Shown here: piece by piece, positions 1-9,779 of the stretch
How the letters are laid out: each line of letters begins with the position of its first letter
Numbering within the stretch: position 1 is the first letter of the stretch
From: Bacteroidales bacterium
Lineage (GTDB): Bacteria > Bacteroidota > Bacteroidia > Bacteroidales > GCA-2711565
Reading direction: 5' to 3'
Length of the DNA: 64,000 nucleotides
Assembly (NCBI GenBank): GCA_963678785.1
Contig: OY787449.1
Coordinates: forward strand, 3,505,495-3,569,494
Notes under the pieces: model-generated
Told to the model about the DNA's origin: nothing
The model's database searches: none
The model's input: only the letters and a program-made list of their open reading frames with translations
Program-made: the position numbers and the translations under genes

Positions 1-1462
1 CCGCAGCTTCACCCATTACAATTCTTGGGTAGGGTTGAATGTCGACTTTTAAACCATTATTTCGATCATAACGATCAAGTCGATTTGTCGCACCAGAGTA
101 AAAAATATTAAGTTTTGTAGGATGCTGAACTACATAACCATTTTCTCCACCACCTGCAGGATACAACATTTCACCTGGTTCTAATCTCATGTTTCTAAGG
201 AAACCTCCATCAGAGGGAACCACTGCCGTTGAGTTGTCTTGTTGACCTCCAGCCACATGATAAGGGAAATCGTTGGTTATACTCATTCTGTAGACCTGAG
301 CAGTTGGATACCTCATATTCGACCAGGTTTGTCCACCATTAACTGAAACAACACCACCACCATCATGGCCCACAATCATTCGTTGAGGATTTTGTGGGTC
401 AATCCAAATATCTTGGTGGTCGGCATGGTTATGAGGAAGGTATTTGAAAGATTTTCCACCATCTTCCGACTTGATTAATCTATAACTTAGAATGTAAACT
501 ACATCCCGATCTACCGGATCAGCTTGGATTCTGAGAAAATAGAAAGCACGCTGCCATAAATCTCTATGATTGTTAATTAAAGAGAATGTTTTACCTCCAT
601 CATCTGATCGGTACAATCCACCATTTTTAGCTTCAATATTTACATAAACTCTTTTAGAATCTGCTCCAGAAACAGTTACAGTGCTTTTCCCCCAAATACC
701 TTCAGGTAACCCAGAATTTCTTGTAATCTCTTTCCAGCTATCTCCACCATCAACTGATTTGTATAAACCTGAACCTTTTCCACCACTCCATAATTTCCAG
801 GGTTTTCGATAAACTTCCCAAAGTGTGGCATAAATAATATCCGGATTGTTGGGATCCAGAACTAAATCTACGGCTCCCGTTTTTTCATCTTTAAAAAGAA
901 TTTTTTTCCAGGATTTTCCACCATCGGTGGTCTTGAAAATACCGCGATCTTCATTTGATCCGAAGGTATGACCCAGTGCTGCAACATACACGCAATTGGG
1001 GTCATTGGGATGAATTCTAATTCTACTTATAACTTGTGTTTTTTCTAATCCAAGATGTTTCCAGCTCTTACCTCCGTCTAAAGAGCGATAAACGCCGTCA
1101 CCTTGCAATACATTCTGGCGTAACTGAGCTTCTCCCATTCCAATATAAACGATATCGGGATTGGTTTGATCAACAGCTACAGCACCAACTGATGAACTGT
1201 TAATTTTTCCATCAGTCATAGGATTCCAACTTGTTCCCCCGTCAATGGTTTTCCATAAACCACCACCCGTGGCACCAAAATAATACTCAAAAGGCCTGAT
1301 CGAACTGCCGGCAACAGCTATAGACCTGCCGCCTCTTTTATGACCAATATTTGTCCATTTAAGATTCTTAAGTAATCTGGAATCTACTTGATTGTTTTGA
1401 GTTTGTGCATAAAGGTTGTTGTTAATTGAAAAAAAAATGAGTGCGAAAATTACCACACTCAT
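1..1462 (-). CDS. Secreted BNR/sortilin(VPS10)-like repeat beta-propeller protein; N-terminal part only, because the gene runs off the left edge
   Basis: My own minus-strand translation from the ATG at 1462 gives MSVVIFALIFFSINNNLYAQ (signal peptide). It is followed by repeated x-D/N-G-G-x-[ST]-[WF] motifs (TIDGGTSW, SLDGGKSW, TTDGGKSW, SVDGGDSW, SDDGGKTF, SEDGGKSF, SVNGGQTW). There is an in-frame alternative ATG at 1513. The gene is absent from the ORF track because no stop lies inside the window. Confidence 0.7.
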   Translation of the reverse strand, partial: MSVVIFALIFFSINNNLYAQTQNNQVDSRLLKNLKWTNIGHKRGGRSIAVAGSSIRPFEYYFGATGGGLWKTIDGGTSWNPMTDGKINSSSVGAVAVDQTNPDIVYIGMGEAQLRQNVLQGDGVYRSLDGGKSWKHLGLEKTQVISRIRIHPNDPNCVYVAALGHTFGSNEDRGIFKTTDGGKSWKKILFKDEKTGAVDLVLDPNNPDIIYATLWEVYRKPWKLWSGGKGSGLYKSVDGGDSWKEITRNSGLPEGIWGKSTVTVSGADSKRVYVNIEAKNGGLYRSDDGGKTFSLINNHRDLWQRAFYFLRIQADPVDRDVVYILSYRLIKSEDGGKSFKYLPHNHADHQDIWIDPQNPQRMIVGHDGGGVVSVNGGQTWSNMRYPTAQVYRMSITNDFPYHVAGGQQDNSTAVVPSDGGFLRNMRLEPGEMLYPAGGGENGYVVQHPTKLNIFYSGATNRLDRYDRNNGLKVDIQPYPRIVMGEAA

Positions 1463-1569
1463 TTTTAGAATTAACTCAACTTTATTATTAACTGAAATTT
1501 CGGAATTTTCCATTTTTGGTATTCTTTTTATCTCTAATCAAAAATTATAGTATGAGATTAGATCTGTTT

Positions 1570-2886
1570 TTATTTAACTAATGATGCAGTAGCTTTTAGA
1601 AAAGCTTCTATTTCTTCAGGAGTGTTATAGTGCGAACCAGATAATCTAATTACACTTGAAACACCAAGTTGTTTTAACATGTCGGCAAAGAATGGATCAT
1701 GACCTGGGGCATGAAGCCTCAATTGATTTTCTTTGTATTTTTCGCATGCATCGGCAGATTCATAACCATCAATATTAAAACTAACAAGTAATGATTGTTT
1801 TGAGAGATCATCACCCATTCCATAAATAGTTACATGGTCCATCTGATCTAAACCTGGGGTGTTCTCGGTTCCTTTTAAAAGAAGAGATAAAAGACCAACC
1901 ACATGATGATTGATTTTTGTCATGGCAGTAATTACCAATTCTCTTCTGTCAGAAGAATCGTTGAATTTAGCACCTAACCAGCATAGATAGTCAACAACTG
2001 CAGACCAAGCTGCATAAGATTGATGCTCAACACCACCTAAATCCCAGCTGTTTTCTGGTTTAAAAATATATTTCCAATGAGGTAATTTTGCCATGCGATC
2101 AGATACGTGTGCATAACCACACCCTTTAATTCCAAAGTTTTTGTAAGGAGCCATCACATATGCATCAGCTCCAATAGCTTCTACATCAACCAATCCTGAG
2201 GGTGTATATTGAACACCATCAACCATAATGAATAAATCTGGTTTTATTTTTCTTGCTTCTTCTACAATTGTTTTAACATCATAAGCTTCACCGGTAACAT
2301 TTGAAAGGTGTGTAACCACCAAAAAACAAGTGTCTTTATCGATTTTGCTTAAAATATTTGAAATTTTAACGTTACCTGTTTCCATATCAGGTTTAGCAAT
2401 TCGTTCTTCTTTATTGTATTTTTCGGCAAATTGAGTAATGGCACTTCTTACCGATGCATGATCAAGACCAGTAGTAACAACATTGGTTCCCGGAACTGAA
2501 TATAAAACGGCATCAGTTATTCTGTAAATGACATGACTACTACTCCAGCCAGGTACAGTTTGACCTGATTTGGCACCAAAAAAGGTCATTAAATCTGCGA
2601 TTCCTTTTGCAGTAATTTCGTCAGAGTGATATGATCCTTCATTAAGCCTTCCTTGTTGGTCCGGAAGTGCAGTTTCCATGCCCATGGCTTCAACTACTCC
2701 TTTTGGTCGGCATGAGCCAGAGGCGGCATCAAAAAATATTCTTTTTCCTGTATATGGATCCCAATCAACATAAACAAATTTGCTTCTTATTTCATTTAAT
2801 AGTTCAGTCGGGAATAATCCTTCAGTATTATATTTTCTCATTTTAATTAGTGTTTTAATATTTTTATAGGTTATTGCAAGATTCAA
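1570..2886 (-). CDS. Class-V aminotransferase-fold PLP-dependent enzyme (cysteine desulfurase / epimerase-like)
   Basis: 438-aa ORF. The length and overall pattern (FDAASGS near the N-terminus, LSGSHYNTPEEIEAFL at the C-terminus) fit the class V fold. An alternative start is M16 at 2841. It is the last gene of a same-strand cluster. Confidence 0.6.
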   Translation of the reverse strand: MNLAITYKNIKTLIKMRKYNTEGLFPTELLNEIRSKFVYVDWDPYTGKRIFFDAASGSCRPKGVVEAMGMETALPDQQGRLNEGSYHSDEITAKGIADLMTFFGAKSGQTVPGWSSSHVIYRITDAVLYSVPGTNVVTTGLDHASVRSAITQFAEKYNKEERIAKPDMETGNVKISNILSKIDKDTCFLVVTHLSNVTGEAYDVKTIVEEARKIKPDLFIMVDGVQYTPSGLVDVEAIGADAYVMAPYKNFGIKGCGYAHVSDRMAKLPHWKYIFKPENSWDLGGVEHQSYAAWSAVVDYLCWLGAKFNDSSDRRELVITAMTKINHHVVGLLSLLLKGTENTPGLDQMDHVTIYGMGDDLSKQSLLVSFNIDGYESADACEKYKENQLRLHAPGHDPFFADMLKQLGVSSVIRLSGSHYNTPEEIEAFLKATASLVK

Positions 2887-2894
2887 TTTAACTT

Positions 2895-4424
2895 TTACTT
2901 TATTTTAGGTATAATCCATTTTGGAGAAGGGTTTTCCATATTTTCGTTTAACCCAGATCGATCTCCACTTCTTAGAAATTCTTTAAGACCATTTTTAAAA
3001 TCCGCCGATTGCTTCATGGTTACATTCATTGCACTATGTGGGCCTCTTTTTACAGATACAAATTTTATATCCTTAAAATATGGAGCCAATTCAAGCGCAT
3101 TTTCATATGGAGTACTTCTGTCCCATGTTCCTTGTATTAGTAGTGTAGGAATGTCTGATTCAAAATTCTGACGAAAATCATCTCCTAAATCACTATCCCA
3201 GCAGGGACAACCTTTGATGTATCCCCAACCAGTTTCAATAATTTGATTGGCAGGATCTGTTAAGTATTCTTCAAGTCTTTCCATGGTGATACCAGAACCA
3301 CAATCCAGCATAAAATAACTTGCCGTTTTAAAATTGCGGCTTCTGTTATTGTATGATTGAACAAATTTTTTGGCTGCTTCGGTAAAGTCTCCGTTATAAA
3401 GTGTAATAATATCAGCAGGCCAGGCGGCTAGATTGTTAGAATAACCTCTGGCTAATTTTTTAGCAGAGCTCTCATCAAACAATACTTTTTGAGGCTTATT
3501 GGTTTTAGGATCGATAACTTCAACCGTTACTGGATTTGCTTTTAAACGACTTTGAATGGTTTTAACTGCTTCAATAAGACCACCTTCAGGAATTAATCCT
3601 TTTAATCCGGGTGCCTCCTCAGCTTCTTTAGCCATTCTTTTAAAAACATTCCAGGCATGACCGGGATGGTCATAAGTATGATCGGGCCCTTCTACTCCAG
3701 TTAAAATGGCACGTGCAATTAAATCAGGATACATTCTCATCATTACCATGCCCCAATGCGATCCAAAACTTCCGCCCATAATTGAGATTTTATCATAACC
3801 GAAAGCTTTACGTACGTCATTAACATCCTGAGCTGCTTCTAAAACAGTAAATCCTTTAAGATCTACTCCCAGTTCTTCCCAAACTTTTCTTTCTTCTTTT
3901 AGCAGTTTTTGATATTTAACAGTTGCCAATTCGTCATTATATGCAACATCAGGAGGCATGGCTTCTGTGGTTCTATCAATAGTAGTTGTAGGCTTTGAAG
4001 GACCAATTCCTCTTTGACTCACAACTACAACATCGGATACATCAAGTAAGTATTTAATTCTATTTTCGAAGTAGCCTGCTGTTTGCTCAAACCTTTTTTC
4101 CAAACCCTGAAAACTAGGGCCACCATATAATACGAAAACAGGAGGTGTTTTTGGATCTGCCTTTTCAGTTGCCTTAAATCGATATACGTCTAATGAAATA
4201 ACATCGCTATCTTTTTTAGATCTGTTAAGAGGAACAAAAAAAGTAGCCCGTTCGGCATTATATAAACTACCATCTTCCAAAGAAATTCTTTCCGGAAAAA
4301 TAAACATACTACCAGCTTTTGGTGCAGGTGCTTTTACAGTATGGAATGACATTTTCTGAGAAAAAGCCAAACTACTCATAACGAGTAATATTACAATAAG
4401 AAATAATTGTTTTCTCTTATACAT
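2895..4424 (-). CDS. Secreted alpha/beta hydrolase, S33 (TAP/prolyl- or tripeptidyl-aminopeptidase-like), paralog A
   Basis: 509 aa. It has the signal peptide MYKRKQLFLIVILLVMSSLAFSQ and the nucleophile elbow GGSFGSHWG (G-x-S-x-G). It is colinear with, and clearly paralogous to, the next ORF. Confidence 0.65.
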   Translation of the reverse strand: MYKRKQLFLIVILLVMSSLAFSQKMSFHTVKAPAPKAGSMFIFPERISLEDGSLYNAERATFFVPLNRSKKDSDVISLDVYRFKATEKADPKTPPVFVLYGGPSFQGLEKRFEQTAGYFENRIKYLLDVSDVVVVSQRGIGPSKPTTTIDRTTEAMPPDVAYNDELATVKYQKLLKEERKVWEELGVDLKGFTVLEAAQDVNDVRKAFGYDKISIMGGSFGSHWGMVMMRMYPDLIARAILTGVEGPDHTYDHPGHAWNVFKRMAKEAEEAPGLKGLIPEGGLIEAVKTIQSRLKANPVTVEVIDPKTNKPQKVLFDESSAKKLARGYSNNLAAWPADIITLYNGDFTEAAKKFVQSYNNRSRNFKTASYFMLDCGSGITMERLEEYLTDPANQIIETGWGYIKGCPCWDSDLGDDFRQNFESDIPTLLIQGTWDRSTPYENALELAPYFKDIKFVSVKRGPHSAMNVTMKQSADFKNGLKEFLRSGDRSGLNENMENPSPKWIIPKIK

Positions 4425-4459
4425 AATTCTATAATATTTAGGTTAATTGATGCTTTTTT

Positions 4460-4495
4460 AACAACCTTCTGAGAATGAAACCTTAGAAGGTTGTT
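4460..4495. other. Intercistronic stem-loop between the two hydrolase paralogs
   Basis: There is a perfect 11-bp inverted repeat: AACAACCTTCT (4460-4470) and AGAAGGTTGTT (4485-4495), with a 14-nt loop. No U-run follows it on the minus (coding) strand, so it is not a canonical terminator. Confidence 0.5.
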
Positions 4496-4508
4496 GTGAA
4501 AGTGTAAG

Positions 4509-6032
4509 TTACAATTCGGGTACTACCCATTTAAGTTTTGGAAGTTCCATCTCATCATCTAATCCTGAGCTGTCTCCACTTTCAGCAAATTTTAGTATTC
4601 CTTGTTTAAATTCTTCTGAATAGTCGTATGCAGCACGAATTGCACCATGTGGGCCACGAATTAACTTGACGAATTTTGAATTTTTAAAGTAAGGAAGTAA
4701 TTCTGTTGCATTTTCATATGGTGTACTTCTATCCCATGTTCCCTGAACGATTAGGGTAGGAATATTTGTTTCGAAATTTGTTCGGAAATCATCTCCCAAA
4801 TCACTATCCCAACAAGGACATCCATTGATATAACCCCATCCTGTTTGAAGGAGCTTGGTAGCAGGATCTGCTAAATGTTCTTTAAGTCTTTCAGCAGTAA
4901 TTCCTGACCCGCAATCAAGCATATAGTAGCTTGCTGTTTTAAAACGACGTCCACTGTTTGTATATCTTCTAACAACTCGTTCAGCAGCCTTTGTAAAATC
5001 GCCATTATACATGGTAATAATGTCTGATGGCCAGGCTTCCAGTTTGTTTGAATAACCTCTTGAAAGCTGTTTTGCTGAATGGGCGTCAAATAAAACTTTT
5101 TGCATTTTATTTGTAACAGGATTTTTAATTTCTACTGTTACAGGGTTTTTTGTAAGTCTGTCTACAATGGTTTCAACGGCTTTGATAAGTCCGCCCTTAG
5201 GAATAAATCTCTTTAATTCTTTAGAATTCTCAGCCTCTTCTGCCATTCTCTTATATACATTCCAGGTATGACCAGGATGATCATAGGTGTGGTCAACGCC
5301 TTCCATGCCTCTTAATAGGGCACGTTCAATAATTTCGGGGTGCAGTCGCATTAAAGACATACCCCAGTGTGAACCGAAGCTGCCGCCCCATAGGGTAATT
5401 TTGTCGTATCCAAAAGCTTTTCTTACATCATTGATGTCTTCAGCTGCTTCCAAAACAGTGAAGCCTTTAAGATCTATCCCCAGATCTTCCCATACTTTTC
5501 TTTCTTTTGTAAGTATTTTTTGTAATTGTTCCACTGCTACTTTATCATTATAGGCAACATCTGGAGGTAATACTTCAGTTGTATTTTCAACAAGGGTTGT
5601 TGGTTTTGAAGGACCTATTCCACGTTGACTAACTACAACAACATCTGCAACATCAAGCATAAATTGCCACCTTTTCTCAAAAGTTCCCGGCACAGCTAAT
5701 TGGTCTTCTAATCCCTGGAAACTTGGACCTCCGTGAAGATAAAAAATAGGAGGTGTATTGGGGTTTGCCTTTTCAGTTGCTTTAAAACGATAAACGTCTA
5801 ATGAAATTACATCACTGTTCTCTTTCGATCGATTGAGGGGAACAAAGAATGTAGCTCTTTCGGCATTGAAAAATCCACCATCTTCTAATACAATTCTTTC
5901 AGGAAAGATAAACATGCTACCAGCTTCGGGTGCTGGTGCTTTGGTGGTGTGAAATGATGTTTTTTGTGCATTGGTTAAGGTGCTTATACAAAGTATTAGC
6001 ACCATGACCAACAAGTTTTTTTTCTGATACAT
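4509..6032 (-). CDS. Secreted alpha/beta hydrolase, S33 (TAP-like), paralog B
   Basis: 507 aa. It has the signal peptide MYQKKNLLVMVLILCISTLTNAQ and a GGSFGSHWG motif. Long identical blocks are shared with paralog A (AGSMFIFPERI, NAERATFFVPLNRSK, VVVVSQRGIGPSKPTT, GCPCWDSDLGDDFR, QGTWDRSTPYENA). Confidence 0.65.
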   Translation of the reverse strand: MYQKKNLLVMVLILCISTLTNAQKTSFHTTKAPAPEAGSMFIFPERIVLEDGGFFNAERATFFVPLNRSKENSDVISLDVYRFKATEKANPNTPPIFYLHGGPSFQGLEDQLAVPGTFEKRWQFMLDVADVVVVSQRGIGPSKPTTLVENTTEVLPPDVAYNDKVAVEQLQKILTKERKVWEDLGIDLKGFTVLEAAEDINDVRKAFGYDKITLWGGSFGSHWGMSLMRLHPEIIERALLRGMEGVDHTYDHPGHTWNVYKRMAEEAENSKELKRFIPKGGLIKAVETIVDRLTKNPVTVEIKNPVTNKMQKVLFDAHSAKQLSRGYSNKLEAWPSDIITMYNGDFTKAAERVVRRYTNSGRRFKTASYYMLDCGSGITAERLKEHLADPATKLLQTGWGYINGCPCWDSDLGDDFRTNFETNIPTLIVQGTWDRSTPYENATELLPYFKNSKFVKLIRGPHGAIRAAYDYSEEFKQGILKFAESGDSSGLDDEMELPKLKWVVPEL

Positions 6033-6052
6033 AATCCTGTTATTTAAAGTTT

Positions 6053-6721
6053 TTAAGTTTTTGCTTTCTTTATTTCATCAAGATAGCTGTATACCGTAAC
6101 TTTTGACATTTGCATCAATTCAGCAACGGTATCAATTGATCCCTTGATTAAGAAAACGCCTTTTTCTTCCATAAATTCAATGAGCGATACTTTGCCAGCA
6201 CGCTTAAGGCTTTTGATATCAACATTTCCAATAATTCGTTTAATTAAATCATTGGTTGTTTCAGTAACACTTTCATATCCTTCAGAAGGTTTTTCAACTT
6301 TCTTGGGAGCTGAAGTGGCAGTAAACTCATGGATAAATTTTTCTGTAATTTTTGCAATTGAGATGTCAAAATTTATACAAAGAGCCCCGATTACATAATT
6401 CTTTTCATCTCGAATTAGTACGGTTGAAGATTTAATGGCACGTCCATCTTTAGCTTTAGTCTGGTAATTTGATAAAAAATCATCCTTGAAGTCTTTGGAT
6501 GAAAGTACAATGCTTAAGAGATGATCAAAAGGTTGGCCAATTTTTCGACCGGTTACATGTCCATTTGCAACAAAAACCACAGATTCTTGTGGTATTGATA
6601 GATCATGAATGATCACTTCACAATTTTTTCCGAAACTTGAAGCAATCATCTTGGCAACTGAAACGTAAGGTTTTAAAGAAGGTTTGATTATTAAACTTGG
6701 CATATGCTTTTGTTTTCTCAA
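6053..6721 (-). CDS. YheO-like PAS-domain plus C-terminal HTH transcriptional regulator
   Basis: 222 aa. The N-terminal pattern (MIASSFGKNCEVIIHDLS...VVFVANGHVTGRKIGQP) is typical of the YheO-like PAS domain. The C-terminus is HTH-like (VAELMQMSKVTVYSYLDEIKK). An alternative start is M7 at 6703. Confidence 0.55.
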   Translation of the reverse strand: MRKQKHMPSLIIKPSLKPYVSVAKMIASSFGKNCEVIIHDLSIPQESVVFVANGHVTGRKIGQPFDHLLSIVLSSKDFKDDFLSNYQTKAKDGRAIKSSTVLIRDEKNYVIGALCINFDISIAKITEKFIHEFTATSAPKKVEKPSEGYESVTETTNDLIKRIIGNVDIKSLKRAGKVSLIEFMEEKGVFLIKGSIDTVAELMQMSKVTVYSYLDEIKKAKT

Positions 6722-6760
6722 TACAAATATATAAAAAATTATACAAAGATTAGTAAAATG

Positions 6761-6775
6761 TAGAATAAATTATAT
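6761..6775. repeat. 15-nt direct repeat TAGAATAAATTATAT, copy 1, in a divergent intergenic region
   Basis: An exact 15-mer also occurs at 6881-6895. Both copies lie between the YheO-like regulator (minus) and the 7TM-HD gene (plus). Confidence 0.6.
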
Positions 6776-6880
6776 TGTATTGATTGTTAATAAAAGAGAG
6801 AATTAATTTATAATTTGATTATGTATAGACAGAATAAAGATATTTTAAGGTGCTAAATTTATAGAAAATTTCGATAAATA

Positions 6881-6895
6881 TAGAATAAATTATAT
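6881..6895. repeat. 15-nt direct repeat TAGAATAAATTATAT, copy 2
   Basis: This is an exact copy of 6761-6775, 120 bp downstream. Confidence 0.6.
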
Positions 6896-7027
6896 GCAAA
6901 TTTATTTGTTTTTTTAACTGAAATCCTTTAGTGTTAATACAATAGGTAATCATAGGTAGAAAAATTCATTTTATAATCATTAAAACTTTAACTTTAGTCT
7001 GTATTAAATAGTAATTTAAATAGTAGA

Positions 7028-9130
7028 ATGAAAAGCCATTTGTTCAATTATAGGATGATGAGAAAAGCAATCATAATTCTTAAATCTCATCAGTCAAATA
7101 TTATTAAAGGATTGTTGTTTCTTTTGTCTATTGTTCTTTTGGTGATTATATTTCCAAAAGAAGGTAAATTCAAATATGAGTTTCAAAAAGGCCGACCATG
7201 GATGCATCGTGATTTAATTGCCACTTATGATTTTGCGATTCTGAAGCCCGAGGCAGAGATAGAAGTTGAGCAAAAAAGATTATTGGAAAATGTTAAGCCA
7301 TACTTTGTTTATGATGAGGATTTAACACTTGAAAAGCAAGATGAAATCTATGAATTATTTGAAACAAAATGGAATGAAAAGTATATAGACTCACCGATAA
7401 GCGAGTTAAAAAAGAATCGCAATTGGTTTACATGCAGTATGATTTATGATACCGTAATCACTGTTGGTGTCATCGAAAGTTTGAGCGAAATTGATAACCT
7501 AAATGTGAATAAAGGTTTAATCCTCATTAGAGGAAATCTTGCAGAAGAGATTGGTTTTAACGAGGTTTTTAGCATACAGTCAGCTTACGAATATTTGCGT
7601 ATTGCAACCTCTCGTGATTCAACCATGGATATATCTTTATTGATGAATACCCTTGAGTCTTCGTTAATCAGAAATATAAAATTTGACAAGATTAAAACTG
7701 AAGAAGCACAACAGCAGGCTTTAATTAACCTTTCAAGAACAAGGGGAATGGTTCAAACCGGAGAACGTATTATCTCAAAAGGTGAGTTGGTTTCGGCTGA
7801 GAAATTTCAGATTCTGGAATCAATGAAAAAGGAATACGAAGAGCAGTTGGGTTCTTCAGCAACTTATTATATGATTGTGTTGGGGCAAATCATACTCATT
7901 ACCATTTCAATGGTTGTTTTGCTGTTTTTCCTTTTGTATTTCAGAAACGAAATTTTTGAAAACAACATCCAAATCGCATTGATTTTGCTGGTCGTCATCA
8001 TGATGGTTTTTATTACAAGTCTTGTGATTGAGTATAATGTTGGCTATTTGTATTTAGTACCCATTTGTATCATCCCACTTATTATCCGATCATTTTTTGA
8101 TACCAGACCAGCGCTATATGTCCATATCATTACAATCATTATTATTGGGTTCTTGGTTCCCAATAGTTTCGAATTTGTTTTCCTACAGCTAATTGCAGGA
8201 ATTGTGGCTATTATAAGCATTGTAAAATTGCAGCGAAGGGCTCAGTTTTTTTTAAGTTCTTTTATGATATTTCTTACCTATTCAGCAGTTTATTTTGGTT
8301 TAAGTTTGATACAAGAAGGAAGTTTGATGGGAATGGATTGGAAGGTTTTTATGCTTTTTGCAGGAAGTGCTATTTTAACCCTGTTTTCTTATCCTTTAAT
8401 TTATTTATTTGAGAAAGTATTTGGTTTAATTACGGATGTAACTTTGATTGAATTATCAAATACGAATAATAATTTACTAAGAGAATTATCATCAAAAGCA
8501 CCTGGAACCTTTCAACACTCCATGCAGGTAGCAAATTTAGCAGAAGAGATTTTGTTTGAAATTGGAGGAAATACACTTTTGGCCAGGACCGGGGCTTTAT
8601 ATCATGATATTGGAAAAATGGATACTCCTGTTTATTTTGTAGAAAACCAACAAGCTGGGACTAATCCACATGATAAACTCGATCCGGATGATAGTGCCAA
8701 GATTATTGTGAAACACATTCGTAGAGGCGTTCAACTTGCAAAAAAATATAATTTACCAAAGCAGGTAATTGATTTTATAATCACTCACCAGGGAAACAGA
8801 AGGGTTGAGTATTTCTATCATATGAAGAAGAATATGGTGAATGAGGAAGAAATAAATCAAAGTTTTTACACTTATCCGGGGCCTATACCGATGAGTCGTG
8901 AAACTGCTGTTGTTATGATGGCTGATTCTGTTGAAGCTGCTTCGAGAAGCATCAAAGAACCCACAGAAGATTCTATTAATAAGCTTGTTGAAAATATTAT
9001 AGATAAGCAAATTGAAGCTGATCAATTCATCGATTCAAATATTACTTTTAGAGAGATCACAAAGATTAAAGAAATTCTTAAAAAGAAGCTTTTAAATATT
9101 TATCATGTAAGAATTGAGTATCCTGAATAA
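7028..9130 (+). CDS. 7TM-receptor HD/HDIG phosphohydrolase (PgpH-like, candidate cyclic-di-AMP phosphodiesterase)
   Basis: 700 aa. It has an N-terminal extracytoplasmic region, a block of about seven hydrophobic helices (aa ~280-470), and then an HD domain containing GALYHDIGKM (HDIG motif). The start may be M10/M11. Confidence 0.75.
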   Translation: MKSHLFNYRMMRKAIIILKSHQSNIIKGLLFLLSIVLLVIIFPKEGKFKYEFQKGRPWMHRDLIATYDFAILKPEAEIEVEQKRLLENVKPYFVYDEDLTLEKQDEIYELFETKWNEKYIDSPISELKKNRNWFTCSMIYDTVITVGVIESLSEIDNLNVNKGLILIRGNLAEEIGFNEVFSIQSAYEYLRIATSRDSTMDISLLMNTLESSLIRNIKFDKIKTEEAQQQALINLSRTRGMVQTGERIISKGELVSAEKFQILESMKKEYEEQLGSSATYYMIVLGQIILITISMVVLLFFLLYFRNEIFENNIQIALILLVVIMMVFITSLVIEYNVGYLYLVPICIIPLIIRSFFDTRPALYVHIITIIIIGFLVPNSFEFVFLQLIAGIVAIISIVKLQRRAQFFLSSFMIFLTYSAVYFGLSLIQEGSLMGMDWKVFMLFAGSAILTLFSYPLIYLFEKVFGLITDVTLIELSNTNNNLLRELSSKAPGTFQHSMQVANLAEEILFEIGGNTLLARTGALYHDIGKMDTPVYFVENQQAGTNPHDKLDPDDSAKIIVKHIRRGVQLAKKYNLPKQVIDFIITHQGNRRVEYFYHMKKNMVNEEEINQSFYTYPGPIPMSRETAVVMMADSVEAASRSIKEPTEDSINKLVENIIDKQIEADQFIDSNITFREITKIKEILKKKLLNIYHVRIEYPE

Positions 9131-9138
9131 ATTTGCTT

Positions 9139-9753
9139 TTATACAGATTGAAGATAATTTAAGGTGTTTGGGCCTTCATTAAATAATAAATCAAGAATGC
9201 TCAGGTTGGGGATAAAACCATGCTTCTCTTTAAATACCTGATAATATTCTGGATTTAAAAATTTAGACGATTTGTTTTTAGGATTTATATTATCTCTCAA
9301 GTCCAAAACATCCGTTGGTTTTTTATCATAAATATCTGTAGTTTTCAGAAGGATTTCAATGCCAATCTCATTCAATAAGTGATTTAATAAATGAGTATTA
9401 TAAGTCATTAAATTTGTAGTGTTAAAAAACATAGCTTCTTTTAGTTCAGTCTCGTAATACATGAAAAAAGCCGAGGCATTGTAAGCTGTTTTTATCGATT
9501 TCCAATGATGGTTTCTCCAGTCTGAATGTTCAGAAATTTCTATTTCTTTTGTTTTGGTATGATTTCCATTTACTTTACTAATAGGAATGGTTAAAGCCTG
9601 GATTCCGCTTGGTGAGTAAATGTGACAGCGATTTCGATAGGTTTGTTTAGGGTAGGTTTCATGAGCTTCAATTATGGCAGACGCAGCCTTAGCCAGGTAA
9701 GCAAAATATTCAATGGGAGGGAAGTATGCGCTTGCTATGAGTAAAGAGTTCAT
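9139..9753 (-). CDS. WbqC family protein
   Basis: 204 aa. The N-terminus MNSLLIASAYFPPIEYFAYL and the overall size match my memory of the WbqC-like family. Confidence 0.6.
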   Translation of the reverse strand: MNSLLIASAYFPPIEYFAYLAKAASAIIEAHETYPKQTYRNRCHIYSPSGIQALTIPISKVNGNHTKTKEIEISEHSDWRNHHWKSIKTAYNASAFFMYYETELKEAMFFNTTNLMTYNTHLLNHLLNEIGIEILLKTTDIYDKKPTDVLDLRDNINPKNKSSKFLNPEYYQVFKEKHGFIPNLSILDLLFNEGPNTLNYLQSV

Positions 9754-9779
9754 TTGTTGAAATTAATGAGTTGCAAAAA

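Noticed and set aside
4871-6398. Short ORFs (4871-5089, 5287-5553, 6144-6398) lie inside or antisense to the hydrolase and regulator genes.
   Set aside because: They are fully nested in better-supported genes and have no motifs.
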